From positions 32,001 to 96,000 of the forward strand of contig JAWOEX010000035.1 in NCBI GenBank assembly GCA_046482545.1: a stretch of 64,000 nucleotides of DNA, written 5' to 3'. Positions 50,426 to 59,820 of this stretch are shown here, one piece after another. The notes below the pieces were generated by a model. It was not told the DNA's origin, did no database searches, and was given only the letters and a program-made list of their open reading frames with translations. Source of the stretch: Candidatus Thorarchaeota archaeon (GTDB lineage Archaea > Asgardarchaeota > Thorarchaeia > Thorarchaeales > Thorarchaeaceae). Numbering within the stretch: position 1 is the first letter of the stretch; every line of letters starts with the position of its first letter. The translations under genes and the position numbers were made by a program.

Positions 50426-53400
50426 ATGTATGTTAAGTTTTCAAAGTTGCTTAGGATTGCATGGCTAAGTTTAACCATATTTTCATTATTTTACTTTGTA
50501 ATCGCCTACGTTTTACCAATCATGGGCATGTTGCCGCTAGTAGTAGTTCCCATAAGATTTGTAATTGAGAGCCTTCTTCTTATATTGCCACCAATAACGG
50601 GAATCATTGTGGTAGGATTCAAAATCAAATCTCAGAAAGTATCAATTTCCATAGATGATGATATGTTTGCTGTACGATTGGATCAGGATATTGTGGCAAC
50701 TTGTGTTCTCCAGCTTAATTCTGTTGCCGGCTCTGTACATATAGATGAGAGCGGAGAATGCTCGTATGTAAAATCAGCACTTCTCGCTCTGCGTGAGGGG
50801 ATGGGAAATGATACAGCTATAGCCTACGAAGTAGGAACCATTAATCAACAACCCTTCATCCGCTTATTCATAACTGCACATGGGAATTCCATTGCAAGCT
50901 TGCGGCAGCATCTCCAGATTGAAGCTACGAGGTCAGAAGCCATCCTGCGAAGCACACTCAATACGGTTGAGATAGAAAGATTGGAAGGCGTGGAACTGAG
51001 GAAAGCTATTGAAACCATGCGAGATGGGAACTGTGGTGTATCAGGTCGAGGAGGAAATGACGCAGGAAAAGTATGCCAGAAAACAATTGCTATCAATGGC
51101 GAGCCAAGTATTAATTCTAGTGATGAAGCTACCCAGATAGGAACATTCCTAGTAGGCCTTCTAAGACAAGGGTACAATGCAAGTCTAACTTGTACATTTA
51201 GACCTTCAAGTTCTGGACGCGAAAAGGGAGTATTAGAAAAACAGTGGAGAAATATTCGCAGAAAGGAGCTTGAAAAGCGAGAGTCATTATCTGACCATGC
51301 TATGAAAAGAAAACTGCTGGAGGAATATCAAGAAATAGGCAATATTGACGCGTGGTTTCAAGCAAGCATCTATGTAACAATGGAAGCTGCTTCTGAGCAT
51401 GAGCTAAGACTTGTCGAAGAGGGAGTTAGTGGACTCGTAATGTCAATATGGGGTGAAAAGGGGACTCTGTCACTTGAATCAGTGAGGTTGGGGAAGAGAA
51501 ACTACTATCGGATATTAAGCAGACGGGGAGTGACAAGTATGAGGATCCATTTGAACAGACTTGTTGCCTATTTCAATACACCTGCCCAACAGCTCCCAGT
51601 AATAACAGGAAAGGCCGCCCCTCACTTTGCAATTCCAGAGAGAGAGGTTATTGATAATGAGTTAGTCGTTGGAAAGGCGGTATTCAATTCTCGATGTCTT
51701 GGTGACGTGGGTCTGAAAAAGGATTGGTTGCGAGAGCATATAGCTGTTATGGGCGCAACGGGTACTGGAAAGACCACGTTAGTGAAAAGACTAGTAACAC
51801 AGCTTAGCATTAAAACAGAAGTACCATGGTTGGTATTCGATGTAAAAGGCTCTGAATATGTTGATCTTCAGAATGCGGAGGTGGGCCCCATTACGGTTTT
51901 AGTTCCTGGCGCTGAAGATGATTTTGTGCTCAACTTGTTTACACCAGAAGGGGATGATCCTGAAAGACATGCGCACATAACTTTCGCGATAATTAGGGAA
52001 CTCCTGAATGAAAGAGATATCTCTGCTGAGCTTTCACCGGCAATGGAAAAGCTTTTGCGAGAAGCCGTAGAGAAGGTCGTTTTGGAAAAAGAAGAAAAAA
52101 CGGCAAGTTCTCTTGAACAGGTCATCGATGATGAAATCAATAATAATCGCATTTCCGAAATGACAAGAGACGCATTATTGAATCGACTTCAAGTTCTATT
52201 TAGGGAGCCACTGGCTACAGTTTTTGGTGCTGGAGAAAGAACATTGGAGATTTCAACTATACTGGATCAAAGAGTGATTCTGGACTTGAGTTATGTAGCT
52301 CGAATTGGAGGCATGGAAGCAGCAAGGCTCCTCTACAATGTTATTGTGAAAAGAGTCTTTGATTCAGCCATGCAAAGAGGGATAATGGAGGGGCTTCAAC
52401 ATGTAGTGGTACTTGAAGAAGCTTACAATCTAGTACCTGAGAGTTACACGAGAAATTCAGCCGCGGACATTACAACAGGAGAATCCATGGTAATGCTTCA
52501 AAGGGCAACAGGCCAAGGAGTTGTTGTTGTTTCAACTAGGCCAAATATATCGTCAAATATCTTAGCCAATACCTCTACAAAAATCACTTTTAGATTGCCG
52601 TATGATAGCGCTGTTGGTAGAAGATATCTTTCTTTAGATGACAGGCAAGAGGAATATCTACAGTCACTTGACGTCGGAAATGCGTTGATTAAACTACCAG
52701 ATGTTAGTGTTTTCGAAATCAAGACGTTATTGCCGGAATATCAGGAAAAGCCAATAGCAAGTGCTCAAGAGGTAAAAAGTGAAGAAGTCTGTGAAGTTGA
52801 TGTTTACGCTACTGAAGCTGTATCTCATGGAGTGGGAGAGGAAGTCTGCGAAGAGAGAGAAGAGGGGTCCATAAGAAAGGACCATATCCTAGGTGAGATA
52901 TCTGGATTGGTAACAGGATATGTTGCATCTCGCGATTTTGTAACACAGAAGCAGTTGGATCAATTTTTGGCAAGTTTCAACTGCAATGATATTAACATGA
53001 CGCGGAGTGAATTATTCGATGAGCTCATATCACTCTCCATTATTCAGAGAGAAGCATTACCAATTGTTGATGGCGGTTTTGTGTTTTCAGTGGCAGGGAA
53101 CACCAATCAGTCGATAAAGGCAGCAATATCACAATACATATTGGAAAAATCAGAGAATATACAGAAGTTTGAACACGACGGTTCAGAAGGGTCACCTGAT
53201 TTCGTTGTGGGAAGCAATGCTATTCTGATAGTTCCTGAGCGAATTAGAATACAATCGATTGAGCAGACGGTTGGAGCTATTAGAAATTGCATGATGAAAG
53301 TAGGTAACGCAATAGACAAACTATTTGTAATAGTAAGAGGGAGCATTGCTGCTGCGAAGGTTCGAGAAAGGATTGAGAATATTGATGGCTTTGATTTGGT

Positions 53401-54145
53401 AACCATAGTGCCGGCGTTTCAGAGTTCAATTGATAGAATGATTAGTACATGTACAGAATCTCAAACATCTAACGAGGGTTCGACCAGAACAAGAAACCAT
53501 GAAATTACTTCAGCTTTGGAAGAGCTCAATGGTGATATTGATGAATCCGCTGGAAGACTAGGTAAACGGGTATGGTTTGGATTATTGCGTGACTTTCTTT
53601 CTGTCTCGGGAGGATCAATTCGATGGAGTGATTTTCTTAGTTTCATTAATACAACAGCCATTCAATCGAAGAAGTCGCGTTCTGTTCCATTATCCAAAAA
53701 CGGAGGTTTGCAAGCTCTCATAGAGATGGTTGAGGAAGAACAATGCCATCTGTTTAGAGGGGGCAAAGATGTCGGTCTATCTGATTTGGGACCTGGTCTT
53801 TGGGTTCTTGGACCAATGGACTTCCAAAGCATTAGATCTGAGGCTTTAGATGTAATTAAGGAGAAGCTAGAAAGTATTGAGGGAGAAATATCCTTGAATC
53901 ATTATCCTTTTGACTTCTGTCTGGGAGATAAATCATATGCAATATTGCCTGAAAAAGATAGACTTGAACTGATAATTGATTGTCAGTCTGGAGTTGCCTG
54001 TAATTCATGCCAGTCACATGAAGCTATATGCATCTTAGGAGATTTACGCATTGTAAATGAGAAAACTGTTATACCCGGTAATGTCGTTATCAGATTGTGG
54101 GAAGAAGGTGTTTCCTCTATTCTTGATCGCCTTATTCATGGTTGA
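50426..54145 (+). CDS. Large membrane-anchored VirB4/HerA-FtsK superfamily ATPase
   Basis: Two N-terminal TM helices, HIAVMGATGTGKT, VFDVKGSEY, VLEEAYNL, STRP, NTSTKITFRL, ~450-aa C-terminal extension. Confidence 0.8.
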   Translation: MYVKFSKLLRIAWLSLTIFSLFYFVIAYVLPIMGMLPLVVVPIRFVIESLLLILPPITGIIVVGFKIKSQKVSISIDDDMFAVRLDQDIVATCVLQLNSVAGSVHIDESGECSYVKSALLALREGMGNDTAIAYEVGTINQQPFIRLFITAHGNSIASLRQHLQIEATRSEAILRSTLNTVEIERLEGVELRKAIETMRDGNCGVSGRGGNDAGKVCQKTIAINGEPSINSSDEATQIGTFLVGLLRQGYNASLTCTFRPSSSGREKGVLEKQWRNIRRKELEKRESLSDHAMKRKLLEEYQEIGNIDAWFQASIYVTMEAASEHELRLVEEGVSGLVMSIWGEKGTLSLESVRLGKRNYYRILSRRGVTSMRIHLNRLVAYFNTPAQQLPVITGKAAPHFAIPEREVIDNELVVGKAVFNSRCLGDVGLKKDWLREHIAVMGATGTGKTTLVKRLVTQLSIKTEVPWLVFDVKGSEYVDLQNAEVGPITVLVPGAEDDFVLNLFTPEGDDPERHAHITFAIIRELLNERDISAELSPAMEKLLREAVEKVVLEKEEKTASSLEQVIDDEINNNRISEMTRDALLNRLQVLFREPLATVFGAGERTLEISTILDQRVILDLSYVARIGGMEAARLLYNVIVKRVFDSAMQRGIMEGLQHVVVLEEAYNLVPESYTRNSAADITTGESMVMLQRATGQGVVVVSTRPNISSNILANTSTKITFRLPYDSAVGRRYLSLDDRQEEYLQSLDVGNALIKLPDVSVFEIKTLLPEYQEKPIASAQEVKSEEVCEVDVYATEAVSHGVGEEVCEEREEGSIRKDHILGEISGLVTGYVASRDFVTQKQLDQFLASFNCNDINMTRSELFDELISLSIIQREALPIVDGGFVFSVAGNTNQSIKAAISQYILEKSENIQKFEHDGSEGSPDFVVGSNAILIVPERIRIQSIEQTVGAIRNCMMKVGNAIDKLFVIVRGSIAAAKVRERIENIDGFDLVTIVPAFQSSIDRMISTCTESQTSNEGSTRTRNHEITSALEELNGDIDESAGRLGKRVWFGLLRDFLSVSGGSIRWSDFLSFINTTAIQSKKSRSVPLSKNGGLQALIEMVEEEQCHLFRGGKDVGLSDLGPGLWVLGPMDFQSIRSEALDVIKEKLESIEGEISLNHYPFDFCLGDKSYAILPEKDRLELIIDCQSGVACNSCQSHEAICILGDLRIVNEKTVIPGNVVIRLWEEGVSSILDRLIHG

Positions 54146-54969
54146 ATGATAGTACAGGTTGGGGTCTTTCCCGTTAAGAGAGCAGATAAGCGGCCAGAGA
54201 TTGTCAAATTGAAAATAGCGATTCTTGTATTTTGTTTTATATTAAATAATTCCTTTATTTTTTTATCCATTCCTCCCGTAACATCTACAGATGAGGAGGG
54301 GCCGGCGTTGGATAAGACTTCATCTCGGTCCTTTGATTGTATTACAGGTATTATTTTCGCGTCCGGGTTAAGATTGGGATTATCAGTGAAAACACCATCA
54401 ACGTCTGTCCCGATATAGACACCGCTCGGGTTGAGTCTATTAGCCAAATAGACTACAATTGTGTCACCACTTAGTATGGAAGCGCCTAGATGATCGTCAA
54501 AACATACATCGCCATGTGTGACTACCAAAAGGTTGGATTCCAATGCTTTTTCTATTAACGAACAGGGGAAGTGCTGGATGTGGTTATTCACAAGGTTTAC
54601 GAAAGCAAAGGGGGGGAAAATGACGGCCGGTAGGCCCATAGCTTGTAGAGATTGAATCACCTTCAAGGAAAGAAGAGACATATTATGACGGATTTCGGGC
54701 ACTCCAGCCAAGCGTCTCCGTTTTGGGGTTTTGATATCGCCAAAGCCGTATTTCCTCGCCGCTTGGTGACCATGTGCTCCACCGCCTAGTACAACTATCA
54801 TAGGACCTTTAGAAATACCGAGTTCTCGTCCTATGCGATTTATCCGATTCTTATTCACAGATGGAGGGGTTTCATCCTTATTCGTGATTACTGAACCGCC
54901 AAGCTTCACAATTGTAAGATGCTTCAAATGACTTGCCTGCCATGGATTTCTTTGAAAGAGAAAGTCCAT
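54136..54969 (-). CDS. ipk: Isopentenyl phosphate kinase
   Basis: [30 protein letters not shown]. Confidence 0.88.
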   Translation of the reverse strand: MDFLFQRNPWQASHLKHLTIVKLGGSVITNKDETPPSVNKNRINRIGRELGISKGPMIVVLGGGAHGHQAARKYGFGDIKTPKRRRLAGVPEIRHNMSLLSLKVIQSLQAMGLPAVIFPPFAFVNLVNNHIQHFPCSLIEKALESNLLVVTHGDVCFDDHLGASILSGDTIVVYLANRLNPSGVYIGTDVDGVFTDNPNLNPDAKIIPVIQSKDRDEVLSNAGPSSSVDVTGGMDKKIKELFNIKQNTRIAIFNLTISGRLSALLTGKTPTCTIIQP

Positions 54970-55082
54970 CAGGGGGCTTTTACTTTTTGTGTTTCCAATT
55001 AACCATCATGCATAAGACAAGCTTTTTATCCAGATTGAAAATGGTTGCAAAAGACACCTACCACGGCGGAGTGCGATATCAA

Positions 55083-55394
55083 ATGTCACAAAGAGCAAGA
55101 ATAAGGTTGTCAAGTACAAGTACTGAACATCTAGACGATGTATGCAGTCAGATTAAGCGCATTACGCGTAAGACAGGTGTTCGTATGGCTGGACCTATCC
55201 CCTTACCCACCAGAAGAATGGTTGTTCCAACTAGAAAAACTCCCTGTGGACAAGGTTCACAATCATGGGATAAATGGGAAATGCGGATACATAAACGCTT
55301 GATTGATATTGATGCTGACGAAAGAGCCATTAGGCAAATTATGCGTGTAAAGATACCAGATTCGGTATATATTGAAATAGAGCTTACTGGTTGA
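55083..55394 (+). CDS. rps10: 30S ribosomal protein S10 (uS10)
   Basis: [15 protein letters not shown]...[13 protein letters not shown]; start re-set to 55083. Confidence 0.96.
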   Translation: MSQRARIRLSSTSTEHLDDVCSQIKRITRKTGVRMAGPIPLPTRRMVVPTRKTPCGQGSQSWDKWEMRIHKRLIDIDADERAIRQIMRVKIPDSVYIEIELTG

Positions 55395-55478
55395 CAGCGC
55401 GTATCCAATTCGAAGCTTCTTAGGCATACTAGCTTCACTACTCGAAGTCGATCAATAGGATTTTAGGAGAATTTCAGC

Positions 55479-57296
55479 GTGTGTGGCATTGTGGGCGTCG
55501 TCCAGAAACGTGGCGAAGTAGCACCTTTTCTTCATCAGGCGTTAAAACGGCTTGAATATAGAGGGTATGATTCAGTGGGCGTGACAACTATTGATGATGG
55601 TGTGCTTCACACTAAGAAGGACAAAGGAAAAATCGATGAAGTTCACAGACGACTGAATCTAGACGATTTGCCAGGAAAGATAGGAATAGGGCATACCAGA
55701 TGGGCTACACATGGAGTCCCTTCACTTCTAAATGCTCATCCTCATTTTGATTGTAACAACGAGGTTGCGGTTGTACATAATGGCGTGATAGACAACTTCA
55801 TGGAATTAAGAAAAGAACTGAAGAAAGATCATGAATTCAGATCAGAAACAGATACAGAAATCATTCCACATATGATTGAAGATTTGCTCAACGAAGGACA
55901 TGATTTGAAAGAAGCTATCGGACGCGTTACAACGAGAATAAATGGAACCTACGCGATTGTTGCTATGAGAGTTGACGAACCAAATCGTATAGTTTGCACA
56001 CGAGATGGTAATCCGTTGGTAATTGGAAAAGGGAAGGATGTCTCATACGTCTCATCAGATATACCAGCATTCCTTCCTATGACAAGGGACATGATTCTTC
56101 TGTTGGACGGAGAAATAGCTACGATTACTTCTCAGGATGTCGATATCGAAAAATTATCGGATGCGTCTAAAGTAGAAAGGGATGCGGTAAAAATCAGTTG
56201 GACCGCCGACCAAGCAGAGAAGGCTGGTTTTCCTCATTTTATGCTGAAGGAAATTCACGAACAGCCGGATGCGGTGCGCAATACCCTGCGGCTTCGAGAA
56301 GAAATCATTGAGAAAGCAGCAAAAATGATTCTTAGTTCCGAGAACATTTACGTAATAGCAATGGGAACCTCAGGTCATGCAGGAATAGCTTCTAGACATA
56401 TGTTTGCATCCATCTCAGGGATCGTTCCTGTTTTTGAATTGGCGAGTGATTTTGAAGATACTGTCTATGATACGTTATCAGAAGAGGATTTAGTACTCGC
56501 CATCACGCAGTCAGGCGAGACTACTGATACTGTCAGTGCAGCTAAATATGCAAAGAAGCTGGGAACGACTGTCCTAGCAGTGACAAACGTAGTAGGCAGC
56601 TCAATTACAAGAGTAGCTGACCATACAGTCATCACCCAAGCCGGGCCAGAAATCGGGGTGGCTGCTACTAAAACATTCATGGTCCAATTGACAGCATTGG
56701 CTCAGATTGCTATTGAGTTGGGGCGTCTCTCCGCTGTAAACGATGACTTCATTGAAACAAAAGAGACTTCTCTTTCCAATATTCCAGATGTAATATCTAC
56801 AGTCATAGCAACCGAGGAAGAAAAAGCAAGAAGAATAGCGGGGATTTACTACGATGCTCCAAGTCTCCTGTTTTTGGGACGAGGAATATCAAGAGCAACG
56901 GCTAGAGAAGGTGCACTCAAACTGAAAGAGATAGCATACAATCATGCAGAAGCATATAGCGCAGGGGAATCAAAGCATGGACCAATAGCCTTAGTTGAGG
57001 AGGGGTATCCAGTCATTTTTGTCGCGCCTCAAGACCAAACAAGAGATAGATTGATTGGTAACATAATGGAAATGAGAGCAAGAGGAGCGTCCATCATAGC
57101 AGTAATTGAGAAGGGCGATGAAGAGCTCGAGGATCTTTCTGATCATGTTTTTCAAATTCCGAGGGGGGTCGAACCGGAGTTTTCAGTGATGCCGTTTGTT
57201 ATACCTTTACAGCTATTTAGTTACTATATGGCTACAAGAAAGGGTTACGATCCTGACAAGCCACGTAATCTTGCTAAATCCGTAACGGTGCTATAG
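55479..57296 (+). CDS. glmS: Glutamine-fructose-6-phosphate transaminase
   Basis: MCGIVG, HTRWATHG, QSGET, KHGP, PRNLAKSVTV. Confidence 0.97.
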   Translation: MCGIVGVVQKRGEVAPFLHQALKRLEYRGYDSVGVTTIDDGVLHTKKDKGKIDEVHRRLNLDDLPGKIGIGHTRWATHGVPSLLNAHPHFDCNNEVAVVHNGVIDNFMELRKELKKDHEFRSETDTEIIPHMIEDLLNEGHDLKEAIGRVTTRINGTYAIVAMRVDEPNRIVCTRDGNPLVIGKGKDVSYVSSDIPAFLPMTRDMILLLDGEIATITSQDVDIEKLSDASKVERDAVKISWTADQAEKAGFPHFMLKEIHEQPDAVRNTLRLREEIIEKAAKMILSSENIYVIAMGTSGHAGIASRHMFASISGIVPVFELASDFEDTVYDTLSEEDLVLAITQSGETTDTVSAAKYAKKLGTTVLAVTNVVGSSITRVADHTVITQAGPEIGVAATKTFMVQLTALAQIAIELGRLSAVNDDFIETKETSLSNIPDVISTVIATEEEKARRIAGIYYDAPSLLFLGRGISRATAREGALKLKEIAYNHAEAYSAGESKHGPIALVEEGYPVIFVAPQDQTRDRLIGNIMEMRARGASIIAVIEKGDEELEDLSDHVFQIPRGVEPEFSVMPFVIPLQLFSYYMATRKGYDPDKPRNLAKSVTVL

Positions 57297-57367
57297 ATTA
57301 CGGCCAGTTGCCTGAGCGGATAAACCTACTAAATCATTTCCACATAGATATGCCAAATAATTTAGAC

Positions 57368-57802
57368 ATTCACACTATTTACGTATATTCACATCATAAA
57401 CATGTGAATGGCGCCAAGACTGTGAACAGCCATTGGTGAAAGGCACGGATATAGTTCTAAGAAGTAAATGGAGCACCCATAACTCTGCTTACTTATGTGA
57501 ATAAGGCCACCCCTTCGTTTCCACTGGAAAACAGCCACGAGCATTATGAAGTACTGTTATGGCTATTCACAAACCAGATAGCAAAGTGAATACTGGAACG
57601 ATTGGAGAAAACTGCGTAATATGCTATAGAAAGCCTATGACGGTTTTTCAATACTCATAGAGTGCTATAAGAGGTTATTTAACCATTTATATGGGAGCAG
57701 AAGGTTTTTGATGGGTATTTTGCGTTATACGACTACTATGCAGATATATACGATTCACATACTCACACTTATTTGCAGAGGATAGTGGGATAATGTGAAT
57801 CG
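57368..57802. repeat. Intergenic array of ATTCACA/TGTGAAT motifs around one ORB box
   Basis: Exact copies at 57368, 57387, 57403, 57496, 57565, 57753, 57794 plus variants. Confidence 0.7.
57509..57529 (-). promoter_or_regulatory. Origin recognition box (ORB)
   Basis: TTCCAGTGGAAACGAAGGGGT matches the archaeal ORB consensus including the G-string. Confidence 0.75.
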
Positions 57803-57841
57803 TTTCAGTATCAAGAGCTATGTGAAATATCAGAGGATTAC

Positions 57842-58471
57842 GTGATTAATTTGGAGAAGAGCGAGCGAACAAATTATGTGTACGAATTCACTTATAGCTC
57901 TGGCCCAGGTTCAAGGGAGATTTTTGAATGTAAATATGTTCAGCCAGATGAAGCTCTTAATCGGTTCAAGAAAATACTGAGACTGACAGAAAGGCCATTT
58001 GATTTCAAGATACTTGTTCATGACGAGGCTACCGGAGAAGAATCCAGTTTTCAGATAAGGGGTTCCGTGGATGAAATGTTCGAGAAATTCAAGGTATTCC
58101 TCGAGACAAGTACGGGTTATGAATTCCGTGCAAAAGAAGCAGCACAAGAATCGATACCCAGTGAAATTGAGTTCGATTCGATGAGTAATTTCGAAAAGAT
58201 GCAAATGATTATCTATGCGTCCTTTAAACACGGAAAATTCTCGTCATTGGATGTTGCAGAAATCTATGAGAGCACATTTAATGACAAAATGCCAAAGAGT
58301 ACTGCCTCAACATATCTTGCGAGAATGTGGGATGAAGGCAATGGTGATCTCGAAAGGTATGGGAATCGCACAGGATACACATACAGACTCAGAACTGAAT
58401 TGAATCAAGTTCAAAACGATATTAAGAAAGCTGAGAAGATTCTTTCTACGTTCCAAATTCACAGCGAATAG
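57842..58471 (+). CDS. Hypothetical protein with C-terminal winged helix
   Basis: FSSLDVAEIY......PKSTASTYLARM...G.LER.G....Y.Y. Confidence 0.7.
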   Translation: MINLEKSERTNYVYEFTYSSGPGSREIFECKYVQPDEALNRFKKILRLTERPFDFKILVHDEATGEESSFQIRGSVDEMFEKFKVFLETSTGYEFRAKEAAQESIPSEIEFDSMSNFEKMQMIIYASFKHGKFSSLDVAEIYESTFNDKMPKSTASTYLARMWDEGNGDLERYGNRTGYTYRLRTELNQVQNDIKKAEKILSTFQIHSE

Positions 58472-58501
58472 AAACTGTAGATAGTGTGAGATAAAGCCTA
58501 C

Positions 58502-59818
58502 CTATAGTTTCTTCCGTTGTTCATCAAATTCGATATTGTGTTTCTTCAATTGTTTCAAAATTGGTTCGTATATCTCGGGAATAGTCGGGCGAAACACACC
58601 ACTAAGATTGATTTTTCCCTGTAATATCATATGGCTGGCAATGGCCACCGGAAGAGCAACGGTCCTAGACATGGAAGAATCGCCACCGGGATGACCATAG
58701 TCAATTAGTGTGGATGTTATTTTTTCTTTCTCACCATCAAATTCAACAAGAAATTGGTGGCGCATCACTATCATGTCTCGCTCATTGGGTGCGTATTGGA
58801 GTTTCTCCTCGAATAGGTGACACAAGGCATCTAGTGGGGTTGTAGTGCCTGTGGGAATACGTGTATTTTCAAACAGACCAAGCCATTGTAGCCTGTCTAG
58901 GACGGGACTGTCCATCGGTAAGTCGGCAGATTTACTAACACTAAATCTTATACCTTCTTGATTTGAATTAATTAAATCCATGATCAGTTCTTCATAGGTC
59001 ATTTCATCCATGTCTCTTTCTTCAAGACTAAGGAGACCTAAATCAAAAATCGCCTTTAGCGTCTTGCACCACCCAGGATATCGGAGTGTCCCGCGGATCA
59101 TAGTGTTTGTCTCCGGAATGGAATAAATGTCAATGTAAGAGAGACTGTCTCTATTAGGATACCCTTCAAAAGTGCCCAGTCCTTGAATCTGCATTTGTTT
59201 GCACGTTCCGAAGAGTTCAGAAGCAGGGATGTGGACTTCTTCACCTTCGCGGAGGAAACGGGCATCGTTTGTCCCGGCGAGTAGAACACCTCTGGGACTC
59301 CAAGAAAGCTTGTAGCCAAAAGGATTGTCGTTAGCATCAGGGGCGGGCAAGCCACCTGTATAAGAAGTGAAGCTCTGGATTTTGCCATCTTGAGCGTGAA
59401 CCTGATCGATGATTTTCTTAGCGCTCATATGGTCTATGCCAGGATCTACACCACATTCATTCAATAGAATCACACCGGCTTCTTTCGCTTGCTCATCGAG
59501 AGCCCACATTTCATTAGATATGTATGAAGTGGTGCAGAAAGGGGTTTCATACTCTATTGCTATTTCTGCAGCCTGTACATGGTACGTGTAGGGCAAAAGA
59601 GAGCAAACTAGGTCAGCATTTGAGACCATTCTATCGAGCATTTGATGGTCGGTTTTGATGTTGAATTCTCGGGCTGCAGCATTATCATGCCCACTAACCA
59701 AGTTCACAGCTTTTTCTTTTGTTCTGCTAGCTACAATTAGGTTGTAACCGTGGTTACATAGATAGTCAACATAGGGCTTGGCAACAAGACCGGCACCTAA
59801 ACATAAGATTTCTTTCAT
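58502..59818 (-). CDS. Saccharopine dehydrogenase (glutamate-forming; Lys9/AASS-SDH-like)
   Basis: GAGLVA, SLLPY..H, ECGVDPGIDHM, GGLPAP, YK.SWSPRG, YPNRDS, RGTLRY. Confidence 0.9.
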   Translation of the reverse strand: MKEILCLGAGLVAKPYVDYLCNHGYNLIVASRTKEKAVNLVSGHDNAAAREFNIKTDHQMLDRMVSNADLVCSLLPYTYHVQAAEIAIEYETPFCTTSYISNEMWALDEQAKEAGVILLNECGVDPGIDHMSAKKIIDQVHAQDGKIQSFTSYTGGLPAPDANDNPFGYKLSWSPRGVLLAGTNDARFLREGEEVHIPASELFGTCKQMQIQGLGTFEGYPNRDSLSYIDIYSIPETNTMIRGTLRYPGWCKTLKAIFDLGLLSLEERDMDEMTYEELIMDLINSNQEGIRFSVSKSADLPMDSPVLDRLQWLGLFENTRIPTGTTTPLDALCHLFEEKLQYAPNERDMIVMRHQFLVEFDGEKEKITSTLIDYGHPGGDSSMSRTVALPVAIASHMILQGKINLSGVFRPTIPEIYEPILKQLKKHNIEFDEQRKKL

Positions 59819-59820
59819 TT

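Noticed and set aside
57297-57841. CRISPR array
   Set aside because: Repeats are 7-10 bp, in both orientations and irregularly spaced; no cas genes in the window.
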